Shown: positions 1 through 6,603 of the stretch, piece after piece
Position numbering within the stretch: position 1 is the stretch's first letter
Layout of the letters: each line of letters opens with the position of its first letter
From: a virus
DNA: 13,730 nucleotides
UHGV virus genome: UHGV-0087644
Strand: one strand, 5' to 3'
Notes under the pieces: model-generated
Databases searched by the model: none
What the model was told of the DNA's origin: nothing
What the model saw: the letters and a program-made list of their open reading frames with translations, nothing else
Translations under genes and position numbers: made by a program

Positions 1-68
1 CGAGTAAGTCCGTTATCAAGCGGATTTTTAATGAATAATTCGATACGTTCTTTGGTAATAGTGGTCAT
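1..68 (-). CDS. hypothetical protein, N-terminal fragment (3' end runs off the window)
   Basis: ATG at 68-66 preceded by SD-like AAGGTGA; reads MTTITKERIELFIKNPLDNGLT to the window edge. Only about 22 codons visible. Confidence 0.3.
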   Translation of the reverse strand, partial: MTTITKERIELFIKNPLDNGLT

Positions 69-263
69 AGCTATTTCACCTTAATCTCAACATTTCGCAG
101 CGTTAGCTCTACTGTCAGGTCTGACTTTCCTGTTAATGCTAATGCGATATTTTCTGGGGTAATGAGAGCAGTTATTGCTTACCCCATTGCCAGACGAATA
201 ATTATTCGTATTTCGCGATCGTCACATGCTCCTGGTCGAACGATTGATATTTGTCCGTCCATC

Positions 264-632
264 TCACTCCCCTTTGATGCGAATGCCAGCGGCGCGGATT
301 GCATCGATGACTTCAGAAACTTTGTATGCCATTACCGTTTGGTAATCATCGTGAAAATCTGTTCGATGAAGCATGCTGCTACGTTCCGGGAGCAGTATTT
401 CCCGCTCCTCCAGTTCTGCAATGCGTTTGCTTTGAGCTTCCAGTTCACCCAGTAGTGCCAGCACGGTAGCCGGATTAGCCTTGGCAATAAAATCCCGGAC
501 TGGCTTACAATCAATCTCCGCACTACCGTGACGAATAACGAAAAAATCACCGTTTATTTTTTTAGCTTGCCACTTATCTTTACCGGCTTTCACTGCCACA
601 TCACGCAGTGCCTGATAGTCAATCTCGCTCAC
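264..632 (-). CDS. hypothetical phage protein (possibly Ead/Ea22-like, tentative)
   Basis: 122-aa ORF in track; GTG start at 632-630 preceded by strong SD AAGGAGG; overlaps upstream gene by 14 nt. Family label is from memory of an ANPATVLALLxELE-type motif only. Confidence 0.55.
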   Translation of the reverse strand: MSEIDYQALRDVAVKAGKDKWQAKKINGDFFVIRHGSAEIDCKPVRDFIAKANPATVLALLGELEAQSKRIAELEEREILLPERSSMLHRTDFHDDYQTVMAYKVSEVIDAIRAAGIRIKGE

Positions 633-1113
633 TGGTTACCTCCTTCATAAAAATAATCCAGTGGGTCTTGTCACCCTTTCCTGTTCGTTGACCGATAACA
701 GGCTTTCTGTCGGTCAGTGCCAATATCTGGCGAACAGGTATTTGCGTTTCATTCCATTTAAAAATCAGAACGCCGTATGGCCACAACACACGAAAGGCTT
801 CTTTGAATCCCTGCCGTAAATCATCACGCCAGGTATCTTTATTCAGCCGTCCATATTTCTTTCCCATCCAGGCGTTATCACCAACACGCTCAAGATGCGG
901 AGGGTCGAATACAACCATCGAAAAGGATGCGTCTGCAAATGGTAGTGCACGAAAATCAGCCATCAGGTCAGGACTGATAATCAGGCGTCGTCCATCACAC
1001 AATGTGTGCTCTTCCTTTCTGATATCGCTAAATATCGCCCGGTCGTCATTCTTATCGAACCAGAACATGCGACTACCACAGCACATGTCGAGGATTGCTG
1101 CATGTCCAGTCAC
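619..1113 (-). CDS. small SAM-dependent methyltransferase, probably DNA N6-adenine/N4-cytosine type
   Basis: 164-aa ORF; motif-I-like ILDMCCGS near N-terminus and motif-IV-like VVFDPPH about 60 aa later; GTG start at 1113 with strong SD AAGGAGG, overlapping upstream stop (GTGA). Target and base specificity not determinable by eye. Confidence 0.55.
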   Translation of the reverse strand: MTGHAAILDMCCGSRMFWFDKNDDRAIFSDIRKEEHTLCDGRRLIISPDLMADFRALPFADASFSMVVFDPPHLERVGDNAWMGKKYGRLNKDTWRDDLRQGFKEAFRVLWPYGVLIFKWNETQIPVRQILALTDRKPVIGQRTGKGDKTHWIIFMKEVTSERD

Positions 1114-1802
1114 TGGTTGCCTCCTTTGCGAAGCTGGGCATCGGTATTGATGCGACTAAAATAGAATCCGAATACTTTCTTCCATGGCTTAACAACAGCG
1201 TCCCTGATTGAGTTTGGGTTAAATCCAGCCTCGATGGCCTGTTTGCTGTCAAAGAACACATACCCAAAACCTTCCTCGTTCTCAGCGCAGACTGGACCTT
1301 TATACGAACCGTGTTTTCTTCCCCCGGCCAGACCTGTTCTATATGCGTGCTGAGTGTTGCCCGCTACCGTCGTCCACTCCAGGTTTGAAACATCATTGTT
1401 TTGTTTATTCCCGTCTATATGGTTAATTACGTGCTCATCAGAAGGCTTAGGGCCGAGAAAGTTTTCAGCAACTAATCGGTGGATGTTCACGCCTTTTAGT
1501 TTTCCTTCAAGCTCCAGCCTAACGAATAAATACTGATTTCTGTTCTTGCCGCGCATGGTTGGGTTTAATTGCTTTAGTTCGCCAGAGGCCAATGAGAAAA
1601 TGAGTCCCTTTGAGGTGATGAAATAGCGATACTTAAAACCAAAAATCTCTTTCACATCGCCAAATAAGTCAGCCAGCGCCGCGCACTTGGCCTCCGCTTC
1701 AGCAAATTTACGCACCAGATATTCAGCGTTTGTTTCGTTAACCTTTAAATCACTTGGGATGCATTTACCTTTCAGAAATCCATCCATCTCAATTAGTGTC
1801 AT
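1110..1802 (-). CDS. HNH homing-endonuclease-like protein (NUMOD4 + HNH_3 type)
   Basis: Track ORF 1110-1829; contains [17 protein letters not shown] (NUMOD4-like) then [20 protein letters not shown] (HNH_3 signature). Start chosen at ATG 1802, which overlaps the upstream stop (ATGA); 1811 or GTG 1829 are alternatives. Confidence 0.7.
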   Translation of the reverse strand: MTLIEMDGFLKGKCIPSDLKVNETNAEYLVRKFAEAEAKCAALADLFGDVKEIFGFKYRYFITSKGLIFSLASGELKQLNPTMRGKNRNQYLFVRLELEGKLKGVNIHRLVAENFLGPKPSDEHVINHIDGNKQNNDVSNLEWTTVAGNTQHAYRTGLAGGRKHGSYKGPVCAENEEGFGYVFFDSKQAIEAGFNPNSIRDAVVKPWKKVFGFYFSRINTDAQLRKGGNQ

Positions 1803-1972
1803 TTGTTCCATTTCTTCCCACTCCGCCACATTGCATTCAGATATTTGTTGTCATTAACAGAACCGAAACTATTTCTCTTAAGCAATTCCTCTCTCGATGG
1901 CATTGGCTTTACGCGTTGGCGAATAATCATTTCTGCCGGAAGAATGCCGGGATTGTATGCAAGTCCTCTCAT
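1799..1972 (-). CDS. hypothetical small protein (57 aa)
   Basis: Sub-ORF of track ORF 1799-2122; ATG at 1972 preceded by GAGGA; stop overlaps HNH start. The longer track version would overlap the upstream gene extensively. Confidence 0.3.
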   Translation of the reverse strand: MRGLAYNPGILPAEMIIRQRVKPMPSREELLKRNSFGSVNDNKYLNAMWRSGKKWNK

Positions 1973-1982
1973 TGTAAATTCC

Positions 1983-2276
1983 TCAGTCATTACTGATAGC
2001 GCCATAGCGTGAGCGGTAATTACGCAGGCGCGGGTCAATTTCAGGGAAGTGGGTATATGTGGCTTTGCGGAATGGTCGGATTGATGTCTGGTAAATTCGC
2101 TCGCGTTCTTCTTTCTCTGCAAGCCATATACAGTGGCGAAATTCCTTTTCCTCTTTCGTTTCCTGCGGTAGAGACATTATTCGATCGTAGTTTTTTCTGA
2201 ATTTATCCAGCACCTCCGATACGGAATTGCCGGAACAGCGGCGCGGGTCATCCGCACCATACAAAGGCGCTGGCAT
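1983..2276 (-). CDS. hypothetical protein, possibly anti-RecBCD Abc2-like (P22 abc2 position and size)
   Basis: 97-aa ORF with SD AAGGAT before ATG 2276; sits distal to erf as abc2 does in P22. Assignment is by position, size and partial sequence recall, not a search. Confidence 0.45.
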   Translation of the reverse strand: MPAPLYGADDPRRCSGNSVSEVLDKFRKNYDRIMSLPQETKEEKEFRHCIWLAEKEERERIYQTSIRPFRKATYTHFPEIDPRLRNYRSRYGAISND

Positions 2277-2299
2277 AATTAAATCCTTATTTTTCTAAA

Positions 2300-2683
2300 T
2301 CAGAATGGGATGGAATCGTCGTATACAGGAGTGTTCTGCTGGTTACTACTTTGCTGCTGCGGGCCATTTCCTGAAGCTGCAAATCCAATCTTTGCATTCA
2401 GTAATTCAAGAGTGATTGATTGACCATTTTGCCCCTGATAAATATCAACCCTGATGTTTTCTCCGGTAATTTCAACAATGCCACCTTCAACAAGAACACT
2501 ACGGTAGTAATCCGCTTGCGCTCCCGGCTTGGCAAATACAACGGAGCTGTAGTTTGTCCATTCTTTCTTTTTTGTCTGGCGATCGTAATACTGAACGCCA
2601 GCACGGATGTTGAATCCGATATTTTCCCCGGTATGAAACTCTCTTGCGGGCTTGTTTAGTCTTACGGTAATCGAATGTGCCAT
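2300..2683 (-). CDS. mini single-stranded-DNA-binding (SSB-like, OB-fold) protein
   Basis: Start at internal ATG 2683-2681, overlapping erf stop (TAATG); 127 aa ending in DDSIPF, the canonical SSB acidic C-terminal tail, preceded by a Gly/Gln-rich linker and OB-fold-like N-terminal region. Confidence 0.55.
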   Translation of the reverse strand: MAHSITVRLNKPAREFHTGENIGFNIRAGVQYYDRQTKKKEWTNYSSVVFAKPGAQADYYRSVLVEGGIVEITGENIRVDIYQGQNGQSITLELLNAKIGFAASGNGPQQQSSNQQNTPVYDDSIPF

Positions 2684-3288
2684 TAAGCAGCAGCTCCTTC
2701 TAATTCGTCTCGTCTGATGTTGTAAACGTCCTGCGCTTTGTGCTGCTCCGGTGTGCCTTCGAGCATCTTCCACGCTTTGGCGAACGCCTGTTTAAGCTCT
2801 TCTACGGTGTTTTTCTGCATTGCTGCGTCAGTGAATGCTTTTAGAACCTGTTCAGGTGTAGGTGATGGTTTTGATTGCTTTGCTGCTGCGTTCTGCTGAT
2901 GTTTATGCTCGTCGGTATCTGCATCTTTCGCATCATCAATGCCGAACAAACCATTGAGGCAATACTTGCGTGCATAAGAGCTTGTAGCTCCCGTAACTTG
3001 TGCAGAATCCATTCCTTTCTTGCTTTCTTCCTCTCGTGCAAGAGCGGTTGCCGTATGACTGTTTTCGCCATCGGTAATAGTTGCCGTGGCTTTCACGTAA
3101 TACCGATCACCAATCAACACAACTTCATCGCTGATTGATAAAAACAGACCATTCAGTAACGGCTTAACGCCTTCAAGAATGTCTTCGCAGCTTCTGTATT
3201 TATATTTACCGAATGAGTTGTACTGATTCTTTGGCGCGTTCAGATTCTCCTGAATGGCTGCCAGCCTTGCATAAAATTCTTTGCTCAT
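2683..3288 (-). CDS. erf: Erf, essential recombination function (ssDNA annealing) protein
   Basis: Track ORF 2683-3318; sequence from MSKEFYARLAAIQENLNAPKNQYNSFGKYKYRSCEDILEG matches my recollection of P22 Erf. Start placed at ATG 3288 because the 3318 start is a TTG without SD. Confidence 0.8.
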   Translation of the reverse strand: MSKEFYARLAAIQENLNAPKNQYNSFGKYKYRSCEDILEGVKPLLNGLFLSISDEVVLIGDRYYVKATATITDGENSHTATALAREEESKKGMDSAQVTGATSSYARKYCLNGLFGIDDAKDADTDEHKHQQNAAAKQSKPSPTPEQVLKAFTDAAMQKNTVEELKQAFAKAWKMLEGTPEQHKAQDVYNIRRDELEGAAA

Positions 3289-3389
3289 ATGTTTGATCTC
3301 AGAATGGACACGGCCCAAGGAAATAACGCTGATTTAATACTTCGACTCGGGACAAATTAAGGCATACCCGCATTCCTTCGCGGTCGCCA

Positions 3390-3548
3390 TTATGGCGATA
3401 CCAGAGAGCTTTCTGCGTGTACATGCGTCTCTGTAACTTGCTCTCCTTCACTGTGGTTGCAAGTGACATGAATATCTCCTTCGTTACCGATTAATTCTTT
3501 CATCTGACGAATGAATTCTTCGTCTGACCAGTTATCTGTAAAACTCAT
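3390..3548 (-). CDS. small protein in the Arf (accessory recombination function) position
   Basis: 52-aa ORF (MSFTDNWSDEEFIRQMKEL...) not in the track (<60 aa); ATG overlaps kil stop (ATGA); lies between kil and erf as arf does in P22. Position-based call. Confidence 0.4.
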   Translation of the reverse strand: MSFTDNWSDEEFIRQMKELIGNEGDIHVTCNHSEGEQVTETHVHAESSLVSP

Positions 3549-3697
3549 TTCCTGCGATACCACGGAAGGTTGATAGCTGATTTCATCGCTTTATTTGCTT
3601 CAATCCACATTTTTGAATCACCAATAAATCTGGCTATTACTGCTTTGTTCTGTGCTGCACGAAGCATCTGGTGATTGATGGCTATTTCATTGCGCAT
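3545..3697 (-). CDS. kil: Kil-like host cell-division inhibitor
   Basis: 50-aa ORF not in track: MRNEIAINHQMLRAAQNKAVIARFIGDSKMWIEANKAMKSAINLPWYRRK; resembles lambda Kil (FIGD-containing core) from memory; immediately downstream of cIII, start overlapping the cIII end. Confidence 0.55.
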   Translation of the reverse strand: MRNEIAINHQMLRAAQNKAVIARFIGDSKMWIEANKAMKSAINLPWYRRK

Positions 3698-3813
3698 AAT
3701 AAGACCTCAACTCTTTTCCATCCGTCACGTAATTTACGGGTGATTCGTTCAAGTAAAGATTCATTTAGTTGGAAGGCACCCATGCGAGCGCCTCCCGCGA
3801 TTGCGTAAATCAT
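3682..3813 (-). CDS. cIII: CIII, FtsH/HflB protease inhibitor
   Basis: 43-aa ORF not in track; contains ESLLERITRKLRDGWKR, matching the conserved lambda CIII core; ATG at 3813 preceded by SD AAGGAA. Confidence 0.8.
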   Translation of the reverse strand: MIYAIAGGARMGAFQLNESLLERITRKLRDGWKRVEVLLCAMK

Positions 3814-3837
3814 GGGTGGTTCCTTATGTTGGTTTTA

Positions 3838-4806
3838 TTAGTAGGTTATTTTTGTTGCGAATACTTCGCCTTTTACGATGGCTGTTATGATATTTTTAGC
3901 AACATCTTCTGATGCGCCAACCTTGATAAGGTCAGCAAGTATTTTGTTATTTACTTCTTTCCGGTGAGCTTTATCCTTTGCTCTACGCTCTTCTTCGTCC
4001 TTGATTCTTTTTCCTTCTGCTATTCTGGCTTGCTCTTTTGCTTCAGCCTCGCGCCGGATTCGTTCAGCCTCCTCCTGTGCTTTTCGGCGTTCTGCTTCAA
4101 TTGCCGCCTGCTTTTCTCTTTCAGCTCGTTCTGCTGCCTCTTTTGCTTCGCGCTGTGCTCGTTGCTCGGCTTCAATGCGTTCACGCTCTGCACGTTCCGC
4201 TGCGGCCTTAGCTTCTGCTTCTCGCCTTGCTGCTGCTTCAATTTCGGCTTTTGCCTTTGCTTCGGCTTCTGCTCTGGCTTTCTCTTCAGCTTCTCTTTTT
4301 AAGCGTTCTTCATACTCTCGCTTTTCCTGCTCCGCTTTGAGTCTTGCCTCTTCTCTTTGGCGGTCAAATTCGCGATCCATCAAAATAGCTATTTCATGGT
4401 CAGACTCAATTTGCTTTGCGAGAGCTTCAGCTGCTGCCTTAGCTTCTTCTTCGGCTTTAATCCGTGCCTGTTCCTCCTCATAATCAGTAAGAGGCTGGCG
4501 CGCCTTGGCTTTCAGTTCATCAAGGCGATCGCGCACTGTCTTGCGGTTGGCATCAATTAGCTTTGGAATTTCCTTCAGTTCAGCAACAAGGTCTTTGCCA
4601 AGACCATCGAGATATGTTTTCGTCTGCGCAACTTTATACGCCAGAGAAGCGATCTCCTTTCTGCCCTTTGCCGTTGTGATATCAGGCACAAAGGACATAA
4701 CTTCACGTTCAACCCTTTGAAGGATTTCTTCAATCTGGTCGGCAGACTGAAATACAGTCATTGCATTTGCTTTTTCAATAACAACTAAATCTGTTACTTC
4801 ACTCAT
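3838..4806 (-). CDS. coiled-coil protein with long E/R/K/A-rich helical segment, function unknown
   Basis: 322-aa track ORF; ATG 4806 with SD GGAGG; folded-looking N-terminal about 110 aa, then about 160 aa of charged low-complexity helix (EAEAKAKAEIEAAARREAEAKAAAERAERE...), then short C-terminal domain ending KITY. Confidence 0.7.
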   Translation of the reverse strand: MSEVTDLVVIEKANAMTVFQSADQIEEILQRVEREVMSFVPDITTAKGRKEIASLAYKVAQTKTYLDGLGKDLVAELKEIPKLIDANRKTVRDRLDELKAKARQPLTDYEEEQARIKAEEEAKAAAEALAKQIESDHEIAILMDREFDRQREEARLKAEQEKREYEERLKREAEEKARAEAEAKAKAEIEAAARREAEAKAAAERAERERIEAEQRAQREAKEAAERAEREKQAAIEAERRKAQEEAERIRREAEAKEQARIAEGKRIKDEEERRAKDKAHRKEVNNKILADLIKVGASEDVAKNIITAIVKGEVFATKITY

Positions 4807-4818
4807 ATATCCTCCGTC

Positions 4819-4846
4819 AAAAAATTGCCCTCACACTGGAGGGCAA
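4819..4846 (-). terminator. rho-independent terminator candidate (minus strand) just upstream of the coiled-coil gene
   Basis: Perfect 8-bp stem TTGCCCTC/GAGGGCAA (4825-4832 / 4839-4846) with 6-nt loop; A6 run at 4819-4824 on the plus strand gives a U-run after the hairpin on the minus transcript. Confidence 0.55.
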
Positions 4847-4937
4847 AGAAGATTTCCAATAATCAGAACAAGTCGGCTCCTGTTTAGTTACGAGCGACAT
4901 TGCCCACATAGCAGACTCGCAAATCTGCTATATGTGC

Positions 4938-5099
4938 TTATTCGCATCGCATGACAACATCAAATTTTTCGAGATTACTTTGTCGCAACAATCCCTCTTC
5001 TACGCGGTCAGCTTTTCTATAATTATCAAATTCGAAATGTTTAATTACTTCTTTCGTTTCTCGCTCTATAACTTCAACGATGTATTTCTTATTCATCAT
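4938..5099 (-). CDS. hypothetical small protein (53 aa)
   Basis: ORF MMNKKYIVEVIERETKEVIKHFEFDNYRKADRVEEGLLRQSNLEKFDVVMRCE, not in track; ATG overlaps upstream stop (ATGA). Confidence 0.3.
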   Translation of the reverse strand: MMNKKYIVEVIERETKEVIKHFEFDNYRKADRVEEGLLRQSNLEKFDVVMRCE

Positions 5100-5395
5100 T
5101 CTTCCCCAAGAGCTTTGCTGATTGCTGACTGTGCTTTCGATACTTCATCAGGATAATGGTCATTCCAGTTTTGCTTGTATGCCTTGTTTAGCATCGCTTG
5201 CAGGGCATTTAAAAGGTCTGGTGCTGCCGCTATCAGATTCATATCTTCTTTGCTAACGATTAGTGATGAGTGACCATCCTTCATGACATAAGAGTCGATG
5301 ACACCACCATCTTTACCTGTTGCTTGACTGCTTAATCGCAGAAAGCTGTTACTTGTCCACCATTTCCATGGGCCGGGTGTATAATTCATATTCAC
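5096..5395 (-). CDS. hypothetical phage protein (possibly Ead/Ea22-like C-terminal region, tentative)
   Basis: 99-aa track ORF; SD GAGGTG before tandem ATGs at 5395/5389; LIAAAPDLLNALQAM motif recalled from Ea22-like prophage proteins. Confidence 0.5.
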   Translation of the reverse strand: MNMNYTPGPWKWWTSNSFLRLSSQATGKDGGVIDSYVMKDGHSSLIVSKEDMNLIAAAPDLLNALQAMLNKAYKQNWNDHYPDEVSKAQSAISKALGEE

Positions 5396-5428
5396 CTCTG
5401 TTGTTTACGCCAAAAATAAAGGCCACCA

Positions 5429-5629
5429 TCAGGCAGCCTTGTTATTCTGTTTACCAAGTTCTCTGGCAATCATTGCCGTCGTTCGTATTGCCCATTTATC
5501 GACATATTTCCCATCTTCCATTACAGGAAACATTTCTTCAGGCTTAACCATGCATTCCGATTGCAGCTTGCATCCATTGCATCGCTTGAATTGTCCACAC
5601 CATTGATTTTTATCAATAGTCGTAGTCAT
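5429..5629 (-). CDS. ral: Ral-like restriction-alleviation protein
   Basis: 66-aa track ORF MTTTIDKNQWCGQFKRCNGCKLQSECMVKPEEMFPVMEDGKYVDKWAIRTTAMIARELGKQNNKAA; matches my recollection of lambda Ral (same length, same N-terminus). Confidence 0.6.
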   Translation of the reverse strand: MTTTIDKNQWCGQFKRCNGCKLQSECMVKPEEMFPVMEDGKYVDKWAIRTTAMIARELGKQNNKAA

Positions 5630-5699
5630 ACGGATAGTCCTGGTATTGTTCCATCACATCCTGAGGATGCTCTTCGAACTCTTCAAATTCTTCTTCCAT
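5613..5699 (-). CDS. possible 28-aa highly acidic peptide
   Basis: ATG 5699 preceded by GAGGTG; MEEEFEEFEEHPQDVMEQYQDYPYDYDY; overlaps ral start by 17 nt in another frame. Could be spurious. Confidence 0.2.
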   Translation of the reverse strand: MEEEFEEFEEHPQDVMEQYQDYPYDYDY

Positions 5700-5842
5700 A
5701 TCTCACCTCAAATAAGTGGTTTGCTGCGAAAGTAAATACGCTTAAGTTACCTGTTATTTATCCCACCAAGTTCCGTATCTATCTATCCAGTTACACCAAT
5801 CGTCAAACCCCAGCGATTTTTGTTTGCCGCTTCGATATTTGG

Positions 5843-6025
5843 TCAGCGTACCTCTACTCCTGATGCGCCTCCATCGGGGTCAGGCGACCCATTAAAAGAC
5901 TTTCTGTGCTGAATTTCGTAACGAAGCGTCTTAATCGAAACGTCCACGGCATCGGCAAAACTGATGCCTTCTTCATTGGCCAGTTCCTGAACTACTCTTT
6001 TCAGTTCATTGTCCAAATTTTCCAT
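5843..6025 (-). CDS. hypothetical small protein (60 aa)
   Basis: Track ORF 5843-6049 trimmed to ATG 6025, preceded by AGGGGTGAGGG; MENLDNELKRVVQELANEEGISFADAVDVSIKTLRYEIQ... Confidence 0.45.
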   Translation of the reverse strand: MENLDNELKRVVQELANEEGISFADAVDVSIKTLRYEIQHRKSFNGSPDPDGGASGVEVR

Positions 6026-6100
6026 ACCCTCACCCCTTTGTTTATTCACCGCAGGCCACTCGACCCGCTCGATTCGTTCTGTGCGTAATGCTTGCGCCGA

Positions 6101-6259
6101 TCAGACACCCCAAACTCTGAACCACCAACGAAGAAACATGACGACTGGCGGGGTAGACAGAAGAATGGCCGCATTGATAAGAAGAATGGCCGCAGTGATA
6201 AGCAGACCCAAAATGACCCCCTGCACTACGACCGGGAGTTTTTCATACAGTTTTTTCAT
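6101..6259 (-). CDS. small single-pass membrane peptide (52 aa)
   Basis: Not in track; SD AAGGAG 5 nt before ATG 6259; MKKLYEKLPVVVQGVILGLLITAAILLINAAILLSTPPVVMFLRWWFRVWGV has one hydrophobic helix; contains an in-frame 21-bp tandem duplication. Confidence 0.4.
   Translation of the reverse strand: MKKLYEKLPVVVQGVILGLLITAAILLINAAILLSTPPVVMFLRWWFRVWGV
6160..6201. repeat. 2 x 21-bp tandem direct repeat (one mismatch) inside the membrane-peptide ORF
   Basis: GAAGAATGGCCGCATTGATAA / GAAGAATGGCCGCAGTGATAA; in-frame, encoding duplicated LITAAIL/LINAAIL heptads. Confidence 0.6.
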
Positions 6260-6261
6260 GG

Positions 6262-6603
6262 CTACTCCTTAAGAAGGCGCTCAAGGAATGCGCCATTACA
6301 GTCAATTACATCGATGATCTCTTTGGCTAATGAATCGATATCGTCGCTCGATTCGAAGTCATCCTGTGGGATGTAAAAGCCACCCTCAGTTTTAAACATA
6401 ATTTCCTTGACGGTTAATGCTGCAACCTCATACATAAAGCCATAAACAATGCGTCGAGGGGTGTTATACCTGAGTCCGAGGATCTTTAATTTTTCTGACT
6501 CCTGAGTCAGCTGGTCGTATGCCTTTACCAGCTCCGCTATCAGTCCCTTTTTCAGCTCACCACGCAGTACGTACATCCCGTTAGCCGTTTTATTTTCCAT
6601 CAC
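6262..6603 (-). CDS. hypothetical protein (113 aa)
   Basis: Track ORF; start overlaps upstream stop (6600-6603); no motif recognised. Confidence 0.55.
   Translation of the reverse strand: MMENKTANGMYVLRGELKKGLIAELVKAYDQLTQESEKLKILGLRYNTPRRIVYGFMYEVAALTVKEIMFKTEGGFYIPQDDFESSDDIDSLAKEIIDVIDCNGAFLERLLKE

Noticed and set aside
181-261. 27-aa minus-strand ORF (MDGQISIVRPGACDDREIRIIIRLAMG) with an upstream GGGGAG
   Set aside because: Very short, no recognisable features, and the SD-like sequence is simply the 3' end of the upstream coding sequence; kept only as a note.
1799-2122. Full-length 107-aa version of the minus-strand ORF
   Set aside because: Its 5' portion overlaps the Abc2-like gene by about 140 nt in another frame; the internal ATG at 1972 with an SD is the more plausible start, and even that is low confidence.
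162-2659. Plus-strand ORFs 162-455, 803-1150, 1354-1536, 1754-1996, 1803-2012, 2009-2200 and 2420-2659
   Set aside because: Antisense to the coupled minus-strand operon; none has a convincing SD or a recognisable motif.
2841-3138. Minus-strand ORF 2841-3071 and plus-strand ORF 2875-3138 inside erf
   Set aside because: Alternative-frame and antisense readings within the well-supported erf gene.
3289-3389. About 100-bp gap between the Arf-position ORF and erf, with a 24-aa minus-strand ORF and the TTG-initiated extension of erf to 3318
   Set aside because: No SD for either; the ATG at 3288 gives an Erf N-terminus consistent with what I recall of P22 Erf.
3964-4483. Plus-strand ORFs 3964-4302 and 4001-4483, and minus-strand ORF 4020-4241 in another frame (Ser/Ala/Cys/Phe-rich or Lys/Gln-rich translations)
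   Set aside because: They are alternative-frame or antisense readings of the low-complexity GC-rich repeat that encodes the E/R/K/A helix of the 322-aa gene; repetitive sequence keeps frames open by chance.
4908-4931. Inverted repeat TAGCAGA-N8-TCTGCTA
   Set aside because: No flanking U-run on either strand, so not a convincing intrinsic terminator; it may be a protein-binding site or RNA-processing hairpin, but I cannot support a call.
5405-5432. Imperfect hairpin followed by a T-run on the minus strand, between the Ral-like gene and the next ORF
   Set aside because: The stem has mismatches (about 6 of 8 paired); too weak to call a terminator without folding energy calculations.
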